64,000 nt of DNA from Armatimonadota bacterium (GTDB lineage Bacteria > Armatimonadota > Chthonomonadetes > Chthonomonadales > CAJBBX01), in NCBI GenBank assembly GCA_026392115.1, contig JAPLCQ010000064.1, forward strand, positions 64,698-128,697, given 5' to 3'. Made by a program: the position numbers and the translations under genes. The notes beneath the pieces were generated by a model. That model had not been told where the DNA came from. It saw only the letters and a list, made by a program, of their open reading frames with translations, and did no database searches. The first letter of the stretch is position 1; each line of letters begins with the position of its first letter. Shown piece after piece: positions 9,292 through 17,647 of this stretch.

Positions 9292-11115
9292 ATGAACGCC
9301 CTTCACGTTTGCGCCATGCTTGCGGCCATGCTCCCGGCCGCGCCGTCGCTTGCCGCACCCAAGGAGCCACGCGCCATGCCTGCTGCCGATCACGCCTTCA
9401 CGCTGGTCCGCGCCGGAAGGGCCGCCTGCCGCATCGTTGTGCCCGCCAGGCCCGCGCCGGTGGTGCGCCACGCAGCCGAGGAGCTTCGACGGCTGGTGGC
9501 CCTGATGTCCGGGGCCACGCTGCCCATCGCCGAGGAGGGCGCGGGCGGCGACGGCGCGGCCGTCTACCTGGGGCCGACCCGCAAGGCCGCGGCGCTCTTC
9601 GCGGCGGGGGGCAAGCCCTCGGCGGAGGACGGCGTGGCGATCCGCACCGCGGGCCGCGACCTGGTCCTGTCGGGCGGCAATGGGCGCGGGCGCCTCTACG
9701 CCGTCTATGTGCTGCTGGAGAAGTGGCTCGGCGTCCGGTTCCTGGCGCACGACTGCACGGTGGTCCCCAGGCGCTCCACGGTGACGCTGCCGGAGATCAA
9801 CTACACCTACGCGCCGCCCTTCATGTACCGCGAGGCGCTTTACTGGGACGCCTACCCCAAGGAGACCGCCGCGCCCCAGCGGCTCAACGGCCCCGCCACC
9901 AAATGCGACGAGGCCACGGGCGGTAAGGTCGCCTTCTTCCCCTACGTCCACAGCTTCTGCAAGCTGGTGCCGCCGGATAAGTACTTCGCCGAGCACCCCG
10001 AGTACTTCAGCCTGGTGGGCGGCAAGCGCACCGACCTGACGATCCACGGCCAACTCTGCCTGACGAACCCGGAGGTCCTGAGAATCGCCACCGCCCAGGC
10101 CCTGGCCTGGATTCGCGAGAACCCCGATATCCCGATCATCGACATCTCGCAGAACGACGGCGAGGGCGCCTGCGAGTGCGACGCGTGCGTGGCCGTGGAG
10201 CGCGAGGAGGAGAGCAAGCACGGGCCCATACTGCGGTTCGTCAACGCCATCGCCGACGCCGTGAAGCGCGAGCACCCGGACAAGTGGGTGGAGACGCTGG
10301 CCTACGCCTATTCCACCAAGCCGCCGGCCAGGACGCGCCCGCGCGACAACGTCATCATCCGCCTGTGCCATGCCGGGTGCTACCACCACGGCTTCGAGGC
10401 CTGCGGCCTGGGCGCGAACCTGACGACCTATCTGGAGGGCTGGCGCAAGCTCACCCGCCGCATCTTCATCTGGCACTACGCGGCCAACTTCGCGCACTAC
10501 CTGGCGCCCAACTTCAACCTGCAGGGGCTGGCCGCCGACCTGAAGGCCTACCCGCGCTACGGCGTTAACGGCGTGATGGTCCAGGCCGACCACCAGGGCT
10601 CCGGCGGCGAACTGGCCGAGCTGCGGCAGTACCTGGTCGCGCAGCTGCTGTGGGACCCCACCCGCGATCCCATGGAGATCCGCCGCGAGTTCTGCGCCGG
10701 CTACTACGGCCCCGCGGCATCCGACGTGGAAGACTATCTGGCGTTGGTGGACGCCGAGGGCGCCCGCAAGGAGATCCACGCCTTCGGCGCATGGGACCCG
10801 ACGGGCACGGTGCGGCCCGAGTTCGTGGCCCGCGGGCTGGAGGTGCTGGCCGGCGCCCGGGCGAAGTGCGCCGACGAAGCCGTGCGCAACCGCGTGGACA
10901 AGCTGATGCTGCCGCACTGGTACGCCCAGCTCCAGTGGCCCGACAAGTACGCGCTGCCCGAATCCGACGCGCCCGCCCTGGTGGCGAAGTTCCGCCGCGT
11001 GGTCGAGCGCAACCAGATCACCTACATCCGCGAGGACTTCAACTCCCCCAGCATGCCCGGATGGCTGGCCGAGATGGAGAAACGCTACTCCACCCAAGGA
11101 AGAAGGACCCCATGA
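9292..11115 (+). CDS. Secreted DUF4838-family protein (alpha-glucuronidase/GH20b-like N-domain)
   Basis: The start is the ATG at 9292 (MNALHVCAMLAAMLPAAPSLAAP signal peptide). Family hallmarks are present: RGRLYAVYVLLEKWLGVRF, YFSLVGGKR, QLCLTNPEV, ISQNDGEGACECDAC, IWHYAANF. Confidence 0.85.
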   Translation: MNALHVCAMLAAMLPAAPSLAAPKEPRAMPAADHAFTLVRAGRAACRIVVPARPAPVVRHAAEELRRLVALMSGATLPIAEEGAGGDGAAVYLGPTRKAAALFAAGGKPSAEDGVAIRTAGRDLVLSGGNGRGRLYAVYVLLEKWLGVRFLAHDCTVVPRRSTVTLPEINYTYAPPFMYREALYWDAYPKETAAPQRLNGPATKCDEATGGKVAFFPYVHSFCKLVPPDKYFAEHPEYFSLVGGKRTDLTIHGQLCLTNPEVLRIATAQALAWIRENPDIPIIDISQNDGEGACECDACVAVEREEESKHGPILRFVNAIADAVKREHPDKWVETLAYAYSTKPPARTRPRDNVIIRLCHAGCYHHGFEACGLGANLTTYLEGWRKLTRRIFIWHYAANFAHYLAPNFNLQGLAADLKAYPRYGVNGVMVQADHQGSGGELAELRQYLVAQLLWDPTRDPMEIRREFCAGYYGPAASDVEDYLALVDAEGARKEIHAFGAWDPTGTVRPEFVARGLEVLAGARAKCADEAVRNRVDKLMLPHWYAQLQWPDKYALPESDAPALVAKFRRVVERNQITYIREDFNSPSMPGWLAEMEKRYSTQGRRTP

Positions 11116-12869
11116 CGACCCGATCCGCCGCCGTTGCCGCGTCACTGCTGGCTCTCGCCGCGCAGGCCCAGGCCGCCCAGCTCTGGGTGGCGCCCAACGG
11201 CAAGGACACCAACCCCGGCACCAAGGCCAGACCCGTTGCCACCCTTCAACGGGCTCGCGACCTGGCGCGGGCCGCCCTCGCCGCCAAGCCCTCGCCGGTG
11301 ACCATCACGCTCAGGGCAGGAACCTACTTCCTCGCATCGCCGCTGGAGCTCACCGCCGCCGACAGCGGCGCGGCCGGCGCTCCGGTCACCTACACCAGCC
11401 TGCCGGGCGAGAGCGCCGTGCTGAGCGGCGGCGCGCCGGTGGCGGGCTGGAAGCAGCAGCCCGACGGCCTGCTCGCCGCGCCCATCCCCGCCGGAGGCGC
11501 CCTCAAGGCCATGCGGCAGCTGTTCGTTGGGGCGAGCCGGGCGACGCGCGCACGGTGGCCCAACGACGACGGCGCCCTGCAGCTGGCGACCGTGTCGGAC
11601 GACGTAAAGTCCTTCACGCTCTCGCATGCCATTCCCGGCGGCGACCTGGCCGGCGCGGGCGCCGAGCTGGTGGTCTACGAGAACTGGTCCGTCACGCGGG
11701 GCGCCGTCACCCGATCCGGCGGTGACAAGCTGGAGACGGCCACTCCCATGGGCTGGATCGGCCACGGACCCATGACCACCGCCAGCCCCGGCAAGCCCGC
11801 GTTCCTGGAAGGCGGCAGGGCCTTTCTGGACCAGCCCGGCGAGTGGTGCATCGATGGCGGCCGGATCCTCTACAAGCCGCGCGCCGGCGAGACCGCCGCG
11901 AACCTAAGGGCCGTGGCGCCCCGGCTGGAGCGGCTCGTGGCCTTCCGCGGCGAGGCCGGAAAGCCTGTGCGGCACATCGTCTTCCGCGGTGTGACCTTCG
12001 CGCATACCGAGTTCGCGCTGCCGGTCGTTGGCTACTGCGAGATTCAGGCGGGCCACTACGGCCCAGCCACCGCCCAGCCCTGCTGGGTGCAGCCTGTGGC
12101 CGTGGAGGCGGCCTGCGCCGAGGATTGCCGGTTGGAGCGCTGCACGCTGCGGAATCTGGGCGGCTCGGCCGTCGGCGTCGGGCGCGGCTGCAAGCGCGTG
12201 GCCGTGAGCCGCTGCACGCTGGAGGAGATCGGGGGCAACGGCATCATGGTCGGTTGGCGCGGCAACAAGGGGGCCATCCGCTGCCAGGTTGGCGATCTCG
12301 ATGCCGACTGGGTCGATCCAGCCGACGCGCCGGCGGGCTGCACCGTCACCGACAATGTGATCACGCGGTGCGGGGCGTTCAGTCCCGGGTGCGTGGGCGT
12401 CTACGCGGCCTTCAGCGCCGACACGTTGGTGGCGCACAACCTGGTACACGATATGCCCTACACCGGCATGTCCGTCGGCTTCCGCTGGAGCCAGGAACCG
12501 AGCACGCAGACGCGGTGCATCGTGGAGAACAACCACATCCACGATGTGATGAAGCTCCTTGCCGACGGCGGCGGCATCTACACGCTGGGCGTGCAGCCGG
12601 GCACGGTCCTTCGCGGCAACCGAATCTACGACGTCCACCGGAGCGGCTTCGCCCAGGGCGGCGCGCCCAACAACGGCTTCTTCGTGGACGAGAGCAGCAC
12701 GGGCTTCCTCTTCGAGCGCAACCTGGTCTACCGCACCTCCGGCGAGCCCGTGCGCTTCAACCGGTGCGCGCGGGACTGGCACACGTGGAAGGACAACCTG
12801 CTGGGCTGGGACGAGAAGGAGAGCCCCGAGGCGGCGGCCATCATCAAGGCGGCGGGGCCGCGGAGGTAG
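11112..12869 (+). CDS. Secreted right-handed parallel beta-helix repeat protein
   Basis: The ATG at 11112 overlaps the upstream stop (ATGA). The signal peptide is MTTRSAAVAASLLALAAQAQAAQ. The N-terminus LWVAPNGKDTNPGTKARPVATLQRARD is typical of pectate-lyase-fold proteins. Repeated coils are visible (NLGGSAVGVG, IGGNGIMVG, IHDMPYTGMSVG, GGGIYTLG). Confidence 0.8.
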   Translation: MTTRSAAVAASLLALAAQAQAAQLWVAPNGKDTNPGTKARPVATLQRARDLARAALAAKPSPVTITLRAGTYFLASPLELTAADSGAAGAPVTYTSLPGESAVLSGGAPVAGWKQQPDGLLAAPIPAGGALKAMRQLFVGASRATRARWPNDDGALQLATVSDDVKSFTLSHAIPGGDLAGAGAELVVYENWSVTRGAVTRSGGDKLETATPMGWIGHGPMTTASPGKPAFLEGGRAFLDQPGEWCIDGGRILYKPRAGETAANLRAVAPRLERLVAFRGEAGKPVRHIVFRGVTFAHTEFALPVVGYCEIQAGHYGPATAQPCWVQPVAVEAACAEDCRLERCTLRNLGGSAVGVGRGCKRVAVSRCTLEEIGGNGIMVGWRGNKGAIRCQVGDLDADWVDPADAPAGCTVTDNVITRCGAFSPGCVGVYAAFSADTLVAHNLVHDMPYTGMSVGFRWSQEPSTQTRCIVENNHIHDVMKLLADGGGIYTLGVQPGTVLRGNRIYDVHRSGFAQGGAPNNGFFVDESSTGFLFERNLVYRTSGEPVRFNRCARDWHTWKDNLLGWDEKESPEAAAIIKAAGPRR

Positions 12870-12953
12870 CGGCAGGGCCCAACGCCCATCGGCCCGCAGG
12901 GGTCTGCGGGAGGCGCTTGACATCGGAGCATCACTGGTCGCATGCTCTGATGC

Positions 12954-13172
12954 ATGAGAACGACTCTCACACTCGACGACGACGTTGCCGCCATGGTGGC
13001 GGGGTATCAGAAGCGGACCGGTGCACGGGCCAAGCGGATCGTGAACGAGGCGCCGGATTCATCGACGGGCCAGTACCGCGTTCAACCGGTCACGTTGGGC
13101 CGATGCCTGTTGCCCGGCCTTGACGACGTGACCGACGCCCTGGCATCGACCGAAGGCGACGGCTTCCGGTGA
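12954..13172 (+). CDS. VapB-type antitoxin (short form)
   Basis: 72 aa, with N-terminus MRTTLTLDDDV and a C-terminal GRCLLPGLDDVTDALASTEGDGFR motif as in PIN-associated antitoxins. Its stop overlaps the GTG of the downstream PIN remnant (GTGA). Confidence 0.6.
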   Translation: MRTTLTLDDDVAAMVAGYQKRTGARAKRIVNEAPDSSTGQYRVQPVTLGRCLLPGLDDVTDALASTEGDGFR

Positions 13173-13348
13173 TTCTGGTAGATGCCAACCTGCTAATCCA
13201 TGCCCACGTCTCCGGCCTGCCGGCTCACGGCCGCGCCAACCTTGTGCCCGATGCGCACCTGGCTGCGCTCGCGATAGAGCACGGCCTCTCGCTCTGCTCC
13301 GCGGACGGTGACTTCGCCCGGTTCCCCGGGTTGCGGTGGCAGAACCCG
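13169..13348 (+). pseudogene. VapC (PIN) toxin remnant with a large internal deletion
   Basis: The translation MILVDANLLIHAHVSGLPAHG/RANLVPDAHLAALAIEHGLSLCSADGDFARFPGLRWQNP joins the PIN N-terminal strand directly to the C-terminal ~40 residues. About 80 residues of a normal ~140-aa VapC are missing. No stop follows the conserved end, and the frame reads on for 200 more codons into the next gene. Confidence 0.6.
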
Positions 13349-13398
13349 CCGGCATGCCGGTCTATGCTTCGGCGGCGCGCCGATGCGAGGGGAATCAC

Positions 13399-15741
13399 AT
13401 GCCACGAATCTGCTCGATCCGCTCGATTGCCGCGGCGGCTCTGCTCCTGGTCGGCTTGCCCGCCGGCGCCGCGTTCGAGCACTCGCGGGGCCGGCCGGCC
13501 GTCATCGTCACAAGCCCCGGCGCCTCTGCCGCGGAGGCCGCGGCGGCGCAGGAGGCCGCGCACTATCTGGGGCTGGTCACTGGAGCGAAGCCGGAGGCGA
13601 GGCCCGAGGGCGGCGCCCCTGCCGGACGGGTTCGCATCTATGTCGGACCCACGGCGGCAGCGGCGCGGCTGGGCGTCGATGCGTCCAAGCTGGGCCCCGA
13701 GGAGTGGATCGTGCGCACATCGGGCGACGATCTCTACCTGGTGGGCGGACGGCCGCGCGGGACGCTCTATGCCGTGTACCACTTCCTCGAGGACGTGGTC
13801 GGCATCCATTGGTGGAACCCGTGGGCGGAGAGCGTTCCGCGAAAGCCCCGGCTCCGGCCGGGCGCACTGGCCCTGCGCGGCGCTCCGGCCTTCCGATACC
13901 GCGATATCTACATGCTCTATGGCCGCGACGAGGGCCGGTTCGCCGCCCGCAACCGGCTGAACCGCGACGGCGACGCGGCCATCGCCGGTCGTTACGGCGG
14001 GTCGCTGGCCTACGGTCCGCCCTACCACGTCCACACGGCCAACTCCTACTTCCCGCCGTCCGAGTACTTCGGCCCGCATCCCGAGTGGTACTCGTTGATC
14101 AACGGTCGCCGCACCACGGAGAACGCGCAGCTCTGCTGGACAAACCCGGAGTTGCGGGCGGCCTTCCGCGAGAAGCTCCTGTCGACGATCCGCTCCTCGT
14201 GGGCGGCCGCCCGCGCCGCGGGCGAGCCCCCGCCGCTGGTCTTCAGCATCTCCCAGAACGACTGCTACGGCGCGTGCCGGTGCCCGGCCTGCAAGGCGCG
14301 GTCCGACGCCGAGGGGTCCGAAGCCGCCCCGCTGCTGGACTTCGTGAACCTGATGGCCGATGCGGTGAAGGGCGAGTTCCCCGAGGTCTTCATCGACACG
14401 CTGGCCTACCAGTACACGCAGAAGGCGCCGAAGACCCTGCGGTGCCGCGACAACGTCATCATCCGCCTCTGCGACACCGAGGCAGACATGCTCAAGCCGA
14501 TCACCGCGCCGGAGAACCGGGCGTTCCGCGAGCAACTCCTGTCCTGGGCCCGCATCGCCAGGAACCTGCGGATCTGGGACTACGCGGTGACCTACGGCAC
14601 GCTGGGCATGCCCCTGCCCACGGCGCACACCTTCGGCCCGGACTACCGGTTCTACCTGGCGCACAACGTGGAAGGCGTCTTCACCGAGCTGGAGTATGAG
14701 CTTCTGGCCGACATGCGCGACTACAAGGTCTGGACCATGATGAAGACGCTGGAGGAGCCGTCCGCCGATCTCGCGAAGCTCACCGACACCTTTATGCGCG
14801 GGTTCTACGGACCCGCCGGCAGGTGGGTGGCGCGGTATGTGCGGGAGCTGGCATCCGAAGCCGCCCTGCGGAAGAGCCGAAGCAGCTGCTGGCAGGGCTC
14901 GGCGACGCAGCTCTCCTACCTGACGCCGCGGTTCATCGCCAGGGCGCAGGGCCTCTTCGATCGCGCCGACCGGGCGGTCGCGGCGGACCCGGCGCTCCGT
15001 TCGCGTGTGGGCCACGCCCGGCTCCCGTTGGATCGGGCCACGCTGGCGCTCTACCCCAACCTGGCGGCGGCGTGGCAGGCCGCGGGCAAGCCCGGCATGG
15101 ACCGGGACGCGGTGGGGCGCCGCGCCCTGGCGGCATGGTTCGACGAGATCGACCGACGCATCGAACCCGGCCGGCAGGCCGCAGAGCGCTTGGCCGCCGA
15201 GGGCGAGATTCAGCGTTTGACGCTGGCCCCCGCGAAGACCGGCCTGCCCGCTCAGTTTCGGGACCGGCCGAAGGGCTCGGTGATCGACTACACGGCCGTC
15301 ATGACGCGGAACTGGAACAACGTGGTCAAGGTGGTGCGGGACCCGGAGGCTGAGACGGGCATCACGAACCGCCTGGACCTCACCGCGCCGGACGTGGAGC
15401 ATCCCGAGCGGTACGTGTTGCCCATGCCCTGGGGCCTCTACGTCTCAGCGGACCAGAAGACCCTGCCAGCGGATCCGATCGGCGCCGGGGACGTGCCCGG
15501 CGCCGGGTACCACTGGTACAGGCTGGGCGCCTATCCGGTGGCTCCAAGCGCCTACCTCTGGTTCTTCTGGAGCTGGATCATCCAGCTCGACATCGGCAAC
15601 GCCCTGGACCCCTCCGCGCCTGACCGGAAGTTCGAGGTATGGGCCCGCGTTAAGTTCGAGGGACCCCGGTTCCCGCACGGCAAGCCCGGCGACAAGGACG
15701 CGATCTGCGTGGAGAGGGTCGTGCTGGTTCAGGCCGGGTAA
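13399..15741 (+). CDS. Secreted DUF4838-family protein, second paralog
   Basis: The start is the ATG at 13399 (MPRICSIRSIAAAALLLVGLPAGAA, GAGGGG upstream). It has the same hallmarks as 9292..11115: RGTLYAVYHFLEDVVGIHWW, WYSLINGRR, QLCWTNPEL, ISQNDCYGACRCPAC, IWDYAVTY. Confidence 0.85.
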   Translation: MPRICSIRSIAAAALLLVGLPAGAAFEHSRGRPAVIVTSPGASAAEAAAAQEAAHYLGLVTGAKPEARPEGGAPAGRVRIYVGPTAAAARLGVDASKLGPEEWIVRTSGDDLYLVGGRPRGTLYAVYHFLEDVVGIHWWNPWAESVPRKPRLRPGALALRGAPAFRYRDIYMLYGRDEGRFAARNRLNRDGDAAIAGRYGGSLAYGPPYHVHTANSYFPPSEYFGPHPEWYSLINGRRTTENAQLCWTNPELRAAFREKLLSTIRSSWAAARAAGEPPPLVFSISQNDCYGACRCPACKARSDAEGSEAAPLLDFVNLMADAVKGEFPEVFIDTLAYQYTQKAPKTLRCRDNVIIRLCDTEADMLKPITAPENRAFREQLLSWARIARNLRIWDYAVTYGTLGMPLPTAHTFGPDYRFYLAHNVEGVFTELEYELLADMRDYKVWTMMKTLEEPSADLAKLTDTFMRGFYGPAGRWVARYVRELASEAALRKSRSSCWQGSATQLSYLTPRFIARAQGLFDRADRAVAADPALRSRVGHARLPLDRATLALYPNLAAAWQAAGKPGMDRDAVGRRALAAWFDEIDRRIEPGRQAAERLAAEGEIQRLTLAPAKTGLPAQFRDRPKGSVIDYTAVMTRNWNNVVKVVRDPEAETGITNRLDLTAPDVEHPERYVLPMPWGLYVSADQKTLPADPIGAGDVPGAGYHWYRLGAYPVAPSAYLWFFWSWIIQLDIGNALDPSAPDRKFEVWARVKFEGPRFPHGKPGDKDAICVERVVLVQAG

Positions 15742-15753
15742 GCAGGAACCCCG

Positions 15754-15908
15754 CTCCCTCCCCTTGCCGCGCAGCGGGAGGGGGAGGGCTGGGGTGGGGG
15801 TTTCGCCTTTAGATCTATCATCTTCCGATTTATCGGCCTTACGGCAACCCCCATCCCGGCCTTCCCCCTCCGCGGCTTCGCCGCGCAAGGGGAAGGAGCA
15901 GGCGGGCC
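15754..15908. repeat. Composite palindromic GC-rich repeat element, full copy A (left arm, AT-richer core, right arm)
   Basis: The left arm (15754-15802) is CTCCCTCCCCTTGCCGCGCAGCGGGAGGGGGAGGGCTGGGGTGGGGGTT. The core runs 15803-15841. The right arm (15842-15908) is CGGCAACCCCCATCCCGGCCTTCCCCCTCCGCGGCTTCGCCGCGCAAGGGGAAGGAGCAGG. The arms are imperfect reverse complements of each other, and each contains its own nested hairpin (CCTTCCCC...GGGGAAGG). Related copies lie at 16299-16357 and 36807-36957. Confidence 0.85.
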
Positions 15909-15913
15909 GACTG

Positions 15914-16288
15914 CTACGGGGCCTCGCTCAGCCCTTGGCACTCCTCCCAAAGCCACTGCAACCGTGCGTCCGTGTCGCGCATCAGGTCACCGGCGGCGAT
16001 CCTGATGGTGCGCACTCCGGCCGCCGCCAGCGCCTCGTCACGAGCCGCGTCGCGCTCGGCTCTGTCGGAGTGATCATCGCCATCGACCTCAACACATAGG
16101 CGTAGGCTTGGGCTGTAGAAGTCCAGAACGTAGGGTCCGAAGGGATGCTGGCGGCGGAAGCGATGGCCGACCGCGCCGGCCCGAAGGCGCGCCCAGAGCA
16201 CGCGTTCCGGCATCGTCATCTCGCGCCGTAGCCTGCGAGCGTTGTTGACGGCAGCGTGGTCGGTATTACGATGCAATGGAATGGTCAT
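15914..16288 (-). CDS. DUF559 (Vsr-like) endonuclease-domain protein
   Basis: 124 aa. RRLRREMTMPERVLWARLR...RFRRQHPFGPYVLDFYSPSLRLCVEVDG..H matches the DUF559 core as I know it. Confidence 0.85.
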   Translation of the reverse strand: MTIPLHRNTDHAAVNNARRLRREMTMPERVLWARLRAGAVGHRFRRQHPFGPYVLDFYSPSLRLCVEVDGDDHSDRAERDAARDEALAAAGVRTIRIAAGDLMRDTDARLQWLWEECQGLSEAP

Positions 16289-16298
16289 GACCTAGCTC

Positions 16299-16357
16299 AC
16301 CGGCAACCCCCATCCCGGCCTTCCCCCTCGCGGCTTCGCCTCGCAAGGGGAAGGAGC
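16299..16357. repeat. Solo right-arm copy B of the palindromic repeat element
   Basis: CCGGCAACCCCCATCCCGGCCTTCCCCCTCGCGGCTTCGCCTCGCAAGGGGAAGGAGCAAG is nearly identical to 15842-15902 (one 1-bp indel and a few substitutions). Together the two copies bracket the DUF559 gene as direct repeats. Confidence 0.85.
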
Positions 16358-16388
16358 AAGTCAGCCGCGCGTCACCGCTCTGTTTGCC

Positions 16389-17612
16389 CTACAACGCGGG
16401 CAGGATGGCGCGGATGGCCGCCAGCGCCTCGTCTACGTCCTGCTCGGTGATGACCAGCGGCGGCACGAAGCGGATGACCGTCTCGCCGATGGCGTTCGTC
16501 ACGACGCCCCGGTCCATGAGCCCCTTGTGGAGCGCCCGCGCCACCGGGTTCGCGAGCTCCAGTCCCACCATGAGGCCCGCGCCGCGGACCTCCTTGACCG
16601 TGCCCGGCATCTCCTCGCCGATGGCCCGCAGCCCGGCCAGCAGGTAGCCGCCCACGCGGGCAGCGTTGGCCATGAGGCCCTCTTCCTCCATCACGTCCAG
16701 CACCGCCAGCGCCGCCGCGCAGGCGATGAGCTGGCCGCCGAAGGTGGAGGCGTGGTCGCCGGGGACCAGCGTCGTTGCGGCCGACCCCCGGGCCAGGCAT
16801 GCGCCCATGGGCACTCCCGCCGCGATGCTCTTGGCCAGCGTCGCGACGTCCGGCAGGACGCCCGCCCGCTGGTAAGCCATGAAGCTGCCTGTCCGGCCCA
16901 TGCCGCACTGCACCTCGTCGAAGATGAGCAGGGCGCCCCGCTCGTCGCAGAGCTTGCGGAGGAGGCGCAGGAAGCCGTGCGGGACATCCTTGATGCCGCT
17001 CTCGCCCTGAATCGGCTCGATCATCACCGCGCAGGTCTTGTCCGTCACCGCCTCGTCGATGGCCGCCTCGTCGCCCACGTCCACGTAGCGGAAGCCGGGC
17101 ACCAGGGGCCGGAAGGGGGCTTGGTACTTCTCCTGCGCGGTGGCCGTGATGGTTCCCAGCGTCCGGCCGTGGAAGGAGCCGCTGAAGGTGACGAACTCGA
17201 CGCGCTCCTCCTCGCCCCGCAGCTTGGCGTGCTTGCGGGCGATCTTCAGCGCGCACTCGTTGGCCTCGGCGCCGGACTCGGCGAAGAAGGCCTTCTCCAT
17301 GCCCGACAGCTCGCAGAGCCGCTTGGCCAGGCGGGGCTGCAGGGGCGTATGGAAGAGGTTGCTCACATGCAGCAGCGTGGAGGCCTGCTCGGCGATGGCG
17401 GCCGCCACCTTCGGGTGGCTGTGCCCCACGCCGCAGACGGCGATGCCGGCAAGGAGGTCGAGGTACTCCTTGCCGTCGCTGTCCCAGAGTCTGGCGCCGC
17501 GGCCGCGGACGAACTGGACCGGCTGACGGGCGTAGGTGCCCATCACGTAGTCCCGATCCCACTGCATGAGGGTGGCGGCATCGGGGTTGGCGGTCGATGT
17601 GTTCGTTGACAT
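16389..17612 (-). CDS. argD: Acetylornithine/class-III aminotransferase
   Basis: This is the C-terminal 407 codons of track ORF 16389..19076. The start is the ATG at 17612 (AAGGAG upstream). Family motifs are present: GTYARQPVQFVRGRGARLWDSDGKEYLDLLAGIAVCGVGHSHP, FFAESGAEANE, LIFDEVQCGMGRTG, LAKSIAAGVPMG. Exact substrate is not proven. Confidence 0.85.
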   Translation of the reverse strand: MSTNTSTANPDAATLMQWDRDYVMGTYARQPVQFVRGRGARLWDSDGKEYLDLLAGIAVCGVGHSHPKVAAAIAEQASTLLHVSNLFHTPLQPRLAKRLCELSGMEKAFFAESGAEANECALKIARKHAKLRGEEERVEFVTFSGSFHGRTLGTITATAQEKYQAPFRPLVPGFRYVDVGDEAAIDEAVTDKTCAVMIEPIQGESGIKDVPHGFLRLLRKLCDERGALLIFDEVQCGMGRTGSFMAYQRAGVLPDVATLAKSIAAGVPMGACLARGSAATTLVPGDHASTFGGQLIACAAALAVLDVMEEEGLMANAARVGGYLLAGLRAIGEEMPGTVKEVRGAGLMVGLELANPVARALHKGLMDRGVVTNAIGETVIRFVPPLVITEQDVDEALAAIRAILPAL

Positions 17613-17647
17613 GGTCGGGCTCCTTTGCTGCTCGCGCCGGCGCGCGG

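Noticed and set aside
9169-11145. Upper two-thirds of the 1091-aa minus-strand ORF 7870..11145
   Set aside because: The translation is Arg/Gly/Ala/Val-rich and featureless. It lies exactly antisense to the well-supported DUF4838 gene (9292..11115). The recognisable esterase begins at an internal ATG (9168) with its own signal peptide and RBS. This is a typical high-GC shadow ORF.
13349-13960. Read-through tail of the 263-aa ORF 13169..13960
   Set aside because: After the conserved PIN C-terminus (…RWQNP) the translation becomes Arg/Pro/Ser-rich and overlaps the DUF4838 gene out of frame. Only the first 60 codons are toxin-derived.
15445-15956. ORFs translating the palindromic repeat (for example MRGEAAEGEGRDGG...TPTPALPLPLRGKGRE at 15445..15888, and the similar 36716..36937)
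   Set aside because: The similar peptides arise only because the same DNA repeat is translated. The ORFs overlap real gene ends and lack RBSs. They are better explained as non-coding repeat elements.
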